DNA of 64,000 nucleotides from Chrysomallon squamiferum (Eukaryota > Animalia > Mollusca). The DNA is taken from NCBI GenBank assembly GCA_012295275.1, contig CM022665.1:22940001-23004000 (forward strand), given 5' to 3'. Of the stretch, positions 29,734 to 42,692 are shown piece by piece. The translations under genes were made by a program, and so were the position numbers. Numbering within the stretch: the stretch's first letter is position 1; each line of letters starts with the position of its first letter. The notes under the pieces were generated by a model. That model was not told where the DNA came from, did not search any database, and worked only from the letters and a program-made list of their open reading frames with translations.

Positions 29734-30879
29734 TTTTTATTAGTAGTAGTATTACTGCCACCATCATCGTCATTGCTGTTGTTATTCTTACTACTATTAC
29801 TATTAAACAAACCCACATATATTATTTGTATATTCATGACATGATTTTGATTTGATAACCTTATTCGCATAACCTTTCACTGTTCCATAAACTATTTCGT
29901 TCTTGTACCGAGAAACCCTCAGTCTATGTTAACAGATAAACCTATACACTTTTAGATTAACAATATTTGCTTCTCTATATTTCACGCAGAGCCCTTTGTA
30001 GGGGTTCACAGAACCTTAGCGCTCCATGAAAACCTAGCTGAGATTGATTATACGTTAATACAGGCATATATTTTCTTTCTTTTTTAGTACATCTGTGTTT
30101 CTATCGCCTTTACTATTTTTAAGTATCTGTTGATAAAATACTGTACTTGTGATTTTTTTCGGCTTTGCTCTTGAATTTTAAAATAAAATAATTTTATTAT
30201 TACATTGTTTTTTCCATTATTTTTTCTTTTTTTCTGGAATATGGAAACGCAAAATTTCAATTTTATTAAGCATTCTCTGTTTGAAATAACAACAACAAGC
30301 AAAACAATAACATCAGTATTAACAACAACAAAAAAAGCCACAGCAACAGAAAAACAACAACAACGATGACGACGACAAAACAATCAAAACAACAACAATA
30401 ACAATAATAATAATAATAATAATAACAATAATAATAATAACAATAATAATAATAACAACAGTAATAACAATAATAATAATGATAATAACAATAATAACAA
30501 TAATAATAATAATACAGTTTTCTAGACTCTAATGGACACGTCTTCCTCTTGTCTGGGATTATCTTCGTTAGCGAATAACCTCTTGGTACTTCTGCTGAGA
30601 ACGAACTTTTCACCAGTGCTGTCGAAGGTCGGTTCTCGACCACTAACTGAACTATTTTAGAAGGTCACCTTCTTTAGGTCACAAGAACAACTCATCGATA
30701 TCTTAGCTCAGTGCTAATCTTGAGTGTTTAGTTAATTTCCATAACCACGTCGTAGAATTCTATTTTTATAATTAATTTGTTTTTTTGTTCACAGCATTTG
30801 ACCGATATTAGTTACTTTTTCTTTGTCTCTTTCGCTCTCATTCTTTCTGTATGTTTGTCTTTCTGTCTCTGTCTCTTTG

Positions 30880-30882
<3 letters not shown>

Positions 30883-30960
<78 letters not shown>
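30883..30960. repeat. (GT)n microsatellite
   Basis: Read directly. Confidence 0.95.
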
Positions 30961-30965
<5 letters not shown>

Positions 30966-31115
30966 GTGTTTTTCCATATGTTTCCCAAAGAGATTCTAAA
31001 ATTCCATGAAATATTAAGGCATGTAAATTAATAGTATACTAAATCAGCAATATTAGGTAATTTCTTTTATTAAGATCTTCATTTTTGTATCATTTTAACT
31101 TTTTATTACAAACAT

Positions 31116-31162
<47 letters not shown>

Positions 31163-31409
31163 TTTTTTTTTTTTTTTTTTTTATTTTATTGTATTGTATT
31201 TTTTAACGGTAAAAAAAAATGTAAAAATTATTATCCTACAAAAGTTCTGTTTTAATAAACTATAATTAGATTAAATTACTGAAATTATTAAAACGTATAG
31301 TGACATATATAATATTAAATAGGTTAATATAATTAAGGATGGGTATTATTTGTTTGCGTATATGAATGATTAACATAAACAGCTGCTTCTTGACACAGTG
31401 ATCTCACCC

Positions 31410-31416
31410 TATATAT
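31410..31416 (+). promoter_or_regulatory. Candidate TATA box of cluster gene A
   Basis: TATATAT starts 43 nt upstream of the ATG at 31453. Paralogue B has TATATA at the same offset (36147 versus ATG 36190). Confidence 0.5.
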
Positions 31417-31452
31417 TCAGTCTGACTTTGAATTCGACACACGCTGAACTGA

Positions 31453-32227
31453 ATGGAAAGAATGCAGATAGTTTTGCTTTTACTGATTATCGGGCCACTG
31501 TCGGTAAGTTTTGGACAAAGACTGAAAATAATACATATATATATTGAAAGTCTCTGTGACACTCTTATCGTCAAGGTTTTTGAGTTTTGCTTTTACGTAC
31601 ATTAAGTATGCTGAGTTTTATTTTGGCTGGAGAATTTTTGAAAACGACATATTCTGTGGTGCACATTTTAAAAACATTCTCGAAGACCCACTGAACAGAA
31701 CTTGTCGTATAATGAAAGGTAAAATGTGCCAGCGCCTGATTTTGACAGAACTTTCAAGTGAAGTTACACACTGTTATCAGCAAAGAGTTTCTCTAACCAT
31801 TCTCTGAAGAAATGATGCTAAAACATTAACACTCGTTTCAGTTAATATAGATATATATTTTATAATCAAATGATTTTAATTGATTTAAACTTGCATTTAA
31901 TTCCATTCTTCTTATCATAAAAAGCCGTATCCCATTTTTTAATTTTTTTTTTTATATATATATTTTTTTAAATCATATTCTGTAAATAAATATTAAAAAT
32001 TTCAAAATTTTACCGAATAAGTGATCTAAGTCAGCCAACAAAGTTACTAAACTAAGGACATAAGAATAAACAGCTGATTTTAAGATGAGGTAAATAAGAC
32101 TGCGGTGAAAAACAAAAAGAAAAACGAAAAGAAAAAATGGTCGGATAATGTGGTAATAAAATCATTATTTATTTATTTATTTATTATTATTATTATTATT
32201 TATTTATTATTATTATTGTTGTTGTTA

Positions 32228-32268
<41 letters not shown>

Positions 32269-32815
32269 TTGCTACGCTCCTACACTAAGTAAACTGTATT
32301 TCAAGACATACCTGCAGTCAATGATTTACGTCATTTGATTTGTTATTTTGTGTGTTTATACGTCTTTCTATTGAAGGTTGTGTGCCTGTACTGGGACAGT
32401 ACAGAAGGTACGACGTGCAAATCTCAGAGAGACTGTGAGAATCACCAGTGCTGTGTAAACGAGAAACCAGGAGCAGACACAGGACTGTGTGTGAACAGGA
32501 AAAGAACTGGAGCAAGTATGTTACAGTATTTCATTAAGAGAAAGAATCCGAGTACAGCCCTACCTCTCTTATTGCTGAATTCTGTATTTTCTTGGCAATA
32601 TTTAAAATAAATAAATAAATAAATAAATAAAAACCTAAAAAATAATAAAATAAAATAAGCAAACGCCATTCCAGTCCATATATTTTTCTTCAGAGTATAA
32701 GAGGGAAAACCAAAATACAAAAATTTCTTAACCTTTAAAAACCAAAACTGCCAGAACTAACATTCACTAACACATAAATTAACTAAAACATAAATAACTT
32801 ATTATTATTAATGTT

Positions 32816-32859
<44 letters not shown>

Positions 32860-34127
32860 GCTACGGCTATTACTATTACTACTACTAGTACTGCTGCTAC
32901 TACTACTGCTACTGCTACTACTACTACTACTACTATTTAAATATTTAACAGTTTTGTTCTCTTGTGATTGGGGGTGGGGAAAAGATGTTATTATAAGGGA
33001 AAGTCAATGATTACAATTTATACTATTAAAACTGTTGTTTATTAAACACTTCAAACGAAAAATACAATGTGGATACATTGTGTCTTCCTCCACGTGTTAT
33101 TATTCTCAGCTACACAATCCATTTTGATATTCTAACGATTCACGTTCTTTAGCACATTTAAACATCTTTAAACATTTTATTCGTCTTCTCTTTTCATCCT
33201 ATTACTGTAAGGACATTAACGTCTGATGATAATGCGGTAATGTCTGGAGGGGAGAATTTTATTTCCAGAAAATGTTTTATAATTGATTTATTCCACAGAC
33301 GCGTTTATTTAGACTTCTGTTAAAGTAAACAGAGTAATGTCCCTTTCATGTAAATCGAAAACTGTTCCACAGTTGTGATGAAATTGGGGGTGGGGGGGGG
33401 ACGAAAAAAAAAGAGAAAGGAAAACGAATTTAAAAGAATTCAGAGAAAGAAATATGTTTATTCATCCCAGTGTTTCTCTTTTTGTACATGCTTGTGTATG
33501 CATTATGCATGTGTGTGCGCTCGCGCGGTATGTGTATTCATGTGTTTGCAGAGTGGCAGACAAAATACACATGGACTGACACTAAAAGAGAAACAGATGC
33601 ACTGATGGATGAACGGATATATATATGATTTAGAGAAACTACAAACCAAAATGCTCTTTTTCTTTTTCTATTATATTTTCTATAATAAACTAAATCTGCA
33701 ACGTACAGCTAAATTCAGTATGGAAATTACAAACCATTCTGTTTACTCTGTAGCTTGTCACAATCCAAACACACAGGATTCCACCACGTGTCTTGTCCAG
33801 GGCCAGAAGCTATCGTCCACCCAGACCTTTGTCCGTGCAGCTGTGGAGAATTCTGTGCCATAGGATTTAACGCCCAACCCGACGGTCACGGAGGATATTA
33901 TGGTAACACTCAGATTCTTTTTTTTTTATTACTACTACTATTGCTACAACTACTACTGCTACTACTACTATTACTACTACTACTACTACCACCATTACTA
34001 CTACTACAACTGCTACTGCTACTACTACTACTACTATTACTACTACTACTACAACTACTACTGCTACTATTACTACTACTATTACTACTACTTCTACTAC
34101 TATTAGTGCTATTATTATTATTACTGC

Positions 34128-34178
<51 letters not shown>

Positions 34179-35097
34179 GTTCTATTTCTTATAGAAACGT
34201 GGAAATCCCGTACGGATTTTGACAACAATTTAGTTTTATTATGATAACATAAATTTTACATTTACTTACTTGCGTAGATAGTTCTTATTTACACACAACG
34301 GTAAAAGTTGCCAGTTAATCCTAAAAAAGATTTACATTCACCGTTATCATCATTATCATATCATCATCATCATCGTCAGTGTCCTAGTTGCTGATGTTAT
34401 TATTTTATAATCTTTCTTGTTTTTGAAGAATACTGTTTTCAGACTATTCAGAATACTGTCAATATTACAGTATTAACATTTCTGATATCTAAACAGTTTT
34501 CTGATTTAATAAGAATAACATAACACAGTGTTTTATCATAAGTGGACGTTAAAAATACAAGATTTTAGCTGTACGTATATATATATATATATATATAACC
34601 CTCTTTAAAAGGTCAGAATTCTACTCTGTTTTACTGACTGATTAACTTCTGAAATAATAACTTACCACTTAATATTTAACCTCAAAACAATAGTTCATTG
34701 ATTAAATAAATATTTTTTTTTGGCTGAGGCAAACGATCAGAAAAGCTTTTATCAGTACAAACTATTAGGAAATGCCAGCGGGTTTCTCCTTTGAGACAAC
34801 CTGTATTTCGATAGGAAGATTAAATCCGTTTGGTGAAAATCTGATGAAAGATTATCATTGTGTAAGATATTTTTTAATGCCAGCGGGTTTCGTCTTGACG
34901 ACAGGAATTTGCAAAATTCAGAGATCTGATATTTAACAGCAGCAGTTTGACGTAAGCGGTTTTAAAGCAGACATTCGTTTTATTGGGCTTTTTTTTTTAT
35001 TTGGTTGTCAAATAAAATTTTCTCTTACACTGTAAACTTTTATTTAAGTATACAGTTTTGTTTTCTTATATTTTCAGGAACCTGTACATTCGGTTAA
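31453..35097 (+). CDS. Cluster gene A: secreted prokineticin/colipase-fold cysteine-rich protein (12 Cys), with a 1-nt frameshift as assembled
   Basis: Exons 31453-31503, 32377-32515, 33754-33902, 35078-35097; all introns GT-AG; AATAAA at 35176. With one A restored at 33767-33769 the protein is MERMQIVLLLLIIGPLS VVCLYWDSTEGTTCKSQRDCENHQCCVNEKPGADTGLCVNRKRTGA TCHNPKHTGFHHVSCPGPEAIVHPDLCPCSCGEFCAIGFNAQPDGHGGYYG TCTFG*. Exon 3 is 149 nt versus 150 nt in paralogues B and E. Uncorrected, the frame stops at TAG 33861-33863. Confidence 0.8.
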
Positions 35098-35101
35098 GCA
35101 A

Positions 35102-35141
<40 letters not shown>

Positions 35142-35823
35142 GTTTTTCTGCAGAAGAACTGTTATCTGGTTTATAAATAAATATTTATTCGAAACACATC
35201 ATTTTGTTTGATTTTGGTATCGTATTCCACTCTGTTTTCCAAAAATAGTATTTAATTTGTTAACGATTCGGTTCTGTAGAAAAGAAAACTACTAAAACAC
35301 GTTGACTAAATTAATCCTTTTCCTCTGTGTGTCTATCCCACTCTCATTACAAAAAAACATTCTCTGTCTACCTGTTTTTATATCTTTTTCTTTCTCAGCC
35401 TTTCTGTTTGTCACTCGCTCTGTCAAGCTTCATTTCAAGATCTCTTTGTTTTATCTCCTGTAAACTTTTAATCACTTGAGTCTTCCGTTAGGCGAAATAA
35501 CCACGCTACAGTTAGTTATCAGTTACAGATACATATAATTCATATTTCGAGAATATTAAAAATCGGTAATAATTTATGAGAGAATGAGTTAAAATGTTGA
35601 AGTAATTGTTAGCTTATGAGAGAGAAACCTCTGATTCAAGTAAATACAATTACATAAAAAAAAAAAAATGTTATTAAAATGTGTTAGATTAGTAAGACTA
35701 CTGGACAATTATCATATACTAAATTTTATCTAAATATCTTACATATATAACCATAGGAAAACAGAATAAATAATGTCAGTGTTCCTTAAGGATAGGCTAG
35801 GAATACATACATAAGTATTTGAG

Positions 35824-35860
<37 letters not shown>

Positions 35861-36117
35861 GTATTATTGTTATTATTATTATTGTTGTTGTTGTTGTCAC
35901 TGTTTTCGTTATTGTTGATTATAATGATATGATGATGATGATTTTATTGTTGCTGGGTCAGTATTATTTGTTCATTCAGTAACTGATTCATTCTTTCTTC
36001 CGATAGGAAACATTTTTTTTTTTATTATTTATTTTAAAATGTCCTGTGACATGTGAATGTTGGTTAACGTTATTATGAATGGGTTTTACGCTGCGCGTAC
36101 GTACGATGAAACGCCAC

Positions 36118-36152
36118 TGACGTAAACTGCTCAACACGGATGTCGTTATATA
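36118..36152 (+). promoter_or_regulatory. Candidate promoter of gene B: CRE/bZIP-like TGACGTAA plus TATATA
   Basis: TGACGTAA at 36118-36125 and TATATA at 36147-36152, the latter 43 nt before the ATG. Confidence 0.4.
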
Positions 36153-36189
36153 CTCGTTTTATCATTAGTTCGGTCACAATTTGTCAAAC

Positions 36190-36275
36190 ATGGGGAGAAA
36201 GCTGATTTTATTTTTGTTTCTCATTATTGGACCATTGCCGGTGAGTTTTAATACTAATTTGAAATTACATCAGTG

Positions 36276-36306
<31 letters not shown>

Positions 36307-36606
36307 TTATTATTTTTTTTTTTTTTTTCTTTTTTAATCCTTCTATTATATGGTGTTGTGTGTTTTCCATTGACAGTTTTGTTTATTTCAAAACACTAAT
36401 CTCTAATTATTTAAAAAAAAAATCATAATATTATAAAACAAATACTACTACTACTACTATTAAATAGTAAAAGTAAATGAAATAAAATGAAATAAATAAA
36501 TAAATAAATATAAACAAGCAAACAAACAAACAGAAAAAGCAAAACAACAAAATAGTGGAAATTAAGTAAAGCCGACATTTTCCTTTTCTGTTAAGATGTC
36601 ATTTCT

Positions 36607-36659
<53 letters not shown>

Positions 36660-37307
36660 TAACAATAATAATGACAATAAAACTAAATAAATAAATAACA
36701 AAATATAAAAATAAAAATCTCAGCGATCGATGATTGGACAAGTTTACAATAAACCGATCTTTCAGATTTAAAAAAATAATAATAACAATAATAGAACAAA
36801 ATAACTTGAAATAAAATAAAATAAAATAAAATAAAATAAAACGGCTTCCATAAATTTTCACGAACATATTATTAACTGTCACCATTTATTATCACATATA
36901 ATAATGTTATATCTTTCGAAAGTCATCTTTCGGAAATATGCAATATGCATTTGGGTCATTAATTCTGATGATAACGTCATATATATTTCATTTTTTTTTG
37001 TTGTTGTTTTTGTAACTAAAACATTTTTCTTTTAAATTTACAGGTTCTCTCGTTTTTCTGGTTTAGATCAGCAGGTAAAACATGCAGATCTCAAAGTGAC
37101 TGCCTGAGGCACCAGTGTTGTGTTAACAGAAATACACGTGCACGAAGAGGAACATGCATGAACAGAAAAACAACTGGAGAATGTATGTCATATTCTTGAC
37201 AGTCTTATGTAACTTCAAGTATTGACTGTTTACAATAATAAAATATAGGTGTACTGATTAAGCAATAAGTAATGGACGTAAATCCATCAAAATGATGATA
37301 TTCCTAG

Positions 37308-37339
<32 letters not shown>

Positions 37340-37818
37340 ATACTACTAATAATAATAATACAAAAATAATAATAATAGCAACAACAACAAACAAATTAGT
37401 CAGGGATAAATAATGAAATAGACAGGGATGAAAAAAATATATATCAGTAACAAACTTTTGAGAAAATAATCAGTTTTGAAGTTCATAAAATCCAAATATG
37501 AACTTTATGGCTTTAATTTTAAAACTTAAACAGATTCAAAGATTATTTTTTAATACAAGCAATGTGAAAAAAAAAACACTATTAATGTTGACAGAGTAAT
37601 GTCCCTTGACCTTTTCCGTGATGATTGAAAATACTATACAAAATCCACTATAATCAATGCCACAACTATGTCTGCATCTGCTACTATTATTACTATTTTA
37701 CTATTACTATTACTAATACTACCACTACTATCACTACTATTACTACTACTACTACTACTACTACTACAATAACCACTATTGCTATTCATACTGTTATTAC
37801 TGCTGCTAATATCAGTAT

Positions 37819-37853
<35 letters not shown>

Positions 37854-38253
37854 ATAATAATAATAATAGCAAGAGCAACAATAATAACAAATCAAGATAT
37901 ATTTTAAAGTTAAATAATTATTTAAAAATAATTTCATTTACCCTGTAGATTGTCATAATCCTAGACGTACTGGAGCCCATCATGTCTGGTGTCCCGGACC
38001 ACCCGGTATCATCCACCCAGATCTCTGTCCGTGTACCTGCGGCGAATTCTGTGCAATAGGATTCAATCCTAGGCGAGACAGACACGGAGGATATTATGGT
38101 TAGCTAAGACTAATTCAGCCATTTGCATATTCAGAAATAGTTACTCAACATTTGTAATTTATTGTTTGTGTCTAGAACAGTACAATTTTTAAAACTGACA
38201 TTGGTTACGTATATATCTGTCTGGAAACTCCAGTGAAACATATACATACATAT

Positions 38254-38297
<44 letters not shown>

Positions 38298-38508
38298 CAT
38301 TGTTTTTGAAATTGATATTTAACTGTTTCATTGAAATATATAACTGTTTTAAAATATATTTCTATTTAACGGAAATGTGAACGCATGAACATATGCGTAT
38401 ATATGAGTGTATCTAATTATCATTTGTTTTATATTTACAATGCTTTCTTTTCTATTTCAAACATTAACCTTTTAAATTTGACTTCCAGGTACATGTACGT
38501 TTGGTTAA
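36190..38508 (+). CDS. Cluster gene B: secreted, highly cationic prokineticin/colipase-fold protein, 119 aa, 12 Cys
   Basis: Exons 36190-36240, 37044-37182, 37949-38098, 38489-38508 (51+139+150+20 = 360 nt, intact frame, GT-AG introns); AATAAA at 38556. Protein: MGRKLILFLFLIIGPLP VLSFFWFRSAGKTCRSQSDCLRHQCCVNRNTRARRGTCMNRKTTGE YCHNPRRTGAHHVWCPGPPGIIHPDLCPCTCGEFCAIGFNPRRDRHGGYYG TCTFG*. The pattern C-x5-C-x4-CC-x11-C-x9-CH..CPC-x5-C..C matches the prokineticin/MIT1 skeleton (GEYCH versus GEECH). Confidence 0.9.
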
Positions 38509-41500
38509 GAAGCAAGAAGATTACTTTTGTACATAAAAATTATTATTTGGTTCCAAATAAATCTATTTTTTTAAATTTTCGTTGCTGAATAATTATTATA
38601 ATCGATAGAGGTCGATCTCTCTCTGTCTCTGTAGCCTCAGCTATATTCTCTCCCTTGATCATCTTGATTTTTATTTGTTTTCCTTTCATCTTTGTTTCTA
38701 TATATATATATTGGGTTTTCCCCTTCTGTTATTTGTCCATGATCTTCCTCCTTATATGAGTATTCACTGTTTTTCTCTCTCCCAGCTAAAACCAAGCCAT
38801 TCATTTTAACACCTTTTGTCTGATTTCCTTTCTGTTTCTATATTCCTATGCAGTTTTCAGCATGAATGTGGTCGTTACGTAAAAAACATATTCTGTTTTA
38901 CAATTCAGTACACAATTCAGAATCAAACTGACAACTTAAAGGAAAGTATTTGTGAAGGAAAACATTCCCAGCTATCATTATTAACGATAAAAATGCTACA
39001 GAGAAGAATACTGATCGTATTTTCACAAATCATCTTCTTTCTTTTTCTTTTTCAATCTTTCTAACACTGAAGCCTGAAGGTATAAACTCCTCACGACTTG
39101 GATCTGTCACTAAGTAAAGATTTATATCTGTTCAGTGTCCAGCTAATTCCTTTCACAATATACAACAGAATAAAAAATGTGATGTTTCTGGTATTGACGT
39201 TTTTATTGCGGTCTCTTAAAAATCATTATTATAGTCTTAGCTGGGCGTATTGTACTCCTCTTTGTAATGTGCAGTGCCTAAAACCCAGTATTTTATAGAT
39301 GACGCAGTTTAATAATACTACTAAAATGTCATAACATACCAATTAAATTTTGTAAAGCCTAGATAACACATTATAAATTTCATTACAAATTCGATTTTAT
39401 ACTGTAAACCGACACTCTGATTTTATAGAAGTTGTCGACCCGGGATATAGAAAATTCTGTTTTGCCTAGTACCGCTTTGCCGACTTAAGAATGTCCCGGG
39501 AAGTAGAAGGAACTAATTGTTTCACTGCAAACACTTTCAACCAGGTAACAGTGCAATTAACGAGTACCGGGTCGTAGATAGGTGCTAATTAGTTCACATC
39601 AACAAATCCCGCGATGTAGAATTCATTTTAGGACCATATGTAAAAGTTTATCTACGTCCCGGGCCATAACAGTATATATATATATATATATACTTGATTT
39701 GAAATACTTCATTAGCTTTTAAAATAACATTAGATGAAATAGTAAGTACGTTTTAGATTCATTAGATTATGTAGATAATTGGAGATGTTCATTTAAAACC
39801 GGGAGAGAATTATAACAAAAGCATTTCAGAATGTGAAACTGGATCAAGTAGCAAGTGCCCGTTTACTTTAAGCTGGGAAGTATGTCGCTTTTTCCTGCCT
39901 GCTCGTACTTGGACGTTGTCGGTTGTTGTGTTTTTTTAATCACTATCCGGGTGCAGATAATATAGGTATGCGCATATTTTACAAAATGATTTATAGAAGG
40001 TTTACAATTGTGAACCTATTCCAGTACTTCCCCACATATCAAAATATAATCAGAATTAAATCTGAATTATCGAATTTTGATAAATTTAATAGTACAAAAT
40101 GATTTACATTAAACAGTATATCATAACTGCTCGTACAGCAATTAATTTGAAATTGCTTAGGTCTATTTTTCCAAACTGTGTTCATCTACAGGGTCTATCG
40201 AATGTATAAAACTGGATAAAATCCAGTCCATTTTTTTAATTTATTTTTAGATTAACTGGTAATATTTAAGGTATAAATCAAATTATTCGAGCTGGAACCG
40301 AAATATTCGTGTATAAAACAAAACAAGACAAAGACAAAGGAGCATCATCATGAAACACACAAGTTTCTTACTGAATGAATATTTGAATATTTAACGACGC
40401 TTCTACCCATTTTAATATTAACTGTTATTAGACGGTTAAACATACGATTCTTTACGATAACATTACGAGAGATGAAAACGGCGGCCGTAATTGTACTGTC
40501 TGCCTACAGCAGTCTTACCGACACAGATGGTTAATTAAACAATGCAATTGTCAGCAGAATTCTTGTTTAAGGTCTTTGAACACCACTAAACAGCCGGTAA
40601 GTCTGTCTTTTCAGCAACAGTAATCTTGGCTTAGGAGATCAGTGGATAGAATTTTAGATAACGTTCGTCTATTCATCAATAATTAGTATTCACTGTTACC
40701 TTTATTACTTGTTTTTCTCAGCCGCTTGAAACAAAATCGAGCGATAACCTTGAAGATATCAAGCTGTTTCATTGGCAAAACATATAGATAAATTATATTG
40801 TTATTATTTCAATGCATACTTTTTTTCTTCTTTTTTTGTGAAAACACTTGTCTTAAAAACTAGTGACAACTTGGAATTAGATAAGATCTAGTTTTTAACA
40901 TCTGAGACCCTTCCCTATATCTCATCCCAGTAAAATTAACATTTCACTCTCTGACCACTACCCTGAAACAAAATCATCTATACGATCATCCATTGTCTTT
41001 CCGTTTCTGTTTTAAAATACGTTCCAGCGTTATTAGAACAACAAGAATTTCTATTTGTATTACTATCCATATTACTATTAGTTTTACATATTCGTAGGCC
41101 TTCGATTTAACGAACGTATGTGGGTGAAAGAATGTGCATTGATGCCGAAGTCCGTTATATAGCAAATATTTTAAAATTATAATATTTTAATATAACACAA
41201 TAATTTTAATACAATAATACCATATAAAATATTGAATAAAGGAATATAACAGTTAGGGTTACTAAGCAATCATACAGATACAAAATGAGCATTTACTAGT
41301 ACTCCTGTTACCGGATACACCAGAAATAACGGCATTATATAAACACGCTAAATGCTTCAAACCATTTTAATTTGCATAATGAATGTAACACATTTCATAG
41401 TATTACTGTTCAGGTTAGTAATTTAACTCTTTACACGTAGTCGACTAAAGTTAAATTTTAATAACTCAAGTCCGATTCGTACATCAGTATATAACTGAAA

Positions 41501-41779
41501 ATAAATTCCAGACGGAAATAATTTCATCATATATGTGCATAGATGTATAAATGCTAATTGCTATGTCAGTTGCTGCGAGCTGTATTTCATCGTCCGTTCA
41601 AAAAACAACAACAACCTAGACTGACATAAACTACTGAAATAATATTTATTTGTCTCTCTGCATGAACACACAACGTAATATACACGATGATGATACGAAA
41701 AAATTACAGGACCAGATATTTTAAAATTGTTGTACTTCGTCCGTTCAAAACAATATTTACTGTATTACTACCGCTACTT

Positions 41780-41857
<78 letters not shown>

Positions 41858-42440
41858 TGCCACTTATACTAGTACCTCTACAAAGATAAATACAACTACC
41901 ATTACTACTACTATTACTGTCACATATACTTTTACTTCTGTTATTACAACTGTTATTACAACTACTGTTACTACTACTACTACTACTACTACCTATACCA
42001 CGACTAATACAACTACCATTACTACTACTATTACTATCACATACACTTTTACTTCTGTTATTACTACAACTACTGTTGCTACTACTACTACTACTACCTC
42101 TACCACGACTAATACAAAAACCATCACTACTACTATTATTATTACAGCAACAACGATAAATACAACTACCATTACTACTACTATTACTACCACATATACT
42201 TTTACTTCTGTTATTACTACAACTACTGTTACTACTACTGCTGCTGCTTGCTACTACTACTACTACTACTACTACCTCCAACACCACTAATACTGCAAAA
42301 CTACTACTACTACTACTTATTATCCAACACAACAACAAAACAACAACTATTATTATCACAACAACAACAACCATTACTACTACCACTACCACTGTTGTTA
42401 TTAATATTATTACTACTACTCCCTTACTACCACTACTACA
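41780..42440. repeat. Compound (ACT)n/(GCT)n microsatellite with a higher-order internal repeat
   Basis: Three copies of AATACAACTACCATTACTACTACTATTACTNNCACATA(C/T)ACTTTTACTTCTGTTATTAC at ~41889, ~42007 and ~42159, embedded in ACT repeats. Confidence 0.85.
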
Positions 42441-42614
42441 CCTACAGCAGCCGTATCATAAATATACCACAGTCAGCATTAACAACAACAACGCCAATTA
42501 CAGCATTAATATCGCCCACAGTCACGGAATTAAGTGTTTGAGAATATACCGTTCACTCGGAACAAAAGAAGGCGGGTCGTGAACGTGATTTAAAATTTGA
42601 TTGATAGCTAAATC

Positions 42615-42621
42615 TATAAAA
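42615..42621 (+). promoter_or_regulatory. TATA box of cluster gene C
   Basis: Canonical TATAAAA 78 nt upstream of the ATG at 42693; GC-box-like GGCGGG at ~42571. Confidence 0.55.
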
Positions 42622-42692
42622 GAGCCGAAATGAAAAACCTGGTTTGATGTCAAGCTGTTTCACTAACCCCACACTTCTATACAGGTAACACC

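Noticed and set aside
35110-35138. Poly-A tract just after the gene A stop codon, suggesting a retrocopy
   Set aside because: Gene A retains all its introns, and long A/T runs are ubiquitous in this window.
41727-42541. Thr-rich mucin-like ORFs (187 aa on +, 211 aa on -)
   Set aside because: They are translations of an (ACT)n compound microsatellite, with no signal peptide or convincing splice sites, and they lie upstream of the gene C TATA box.
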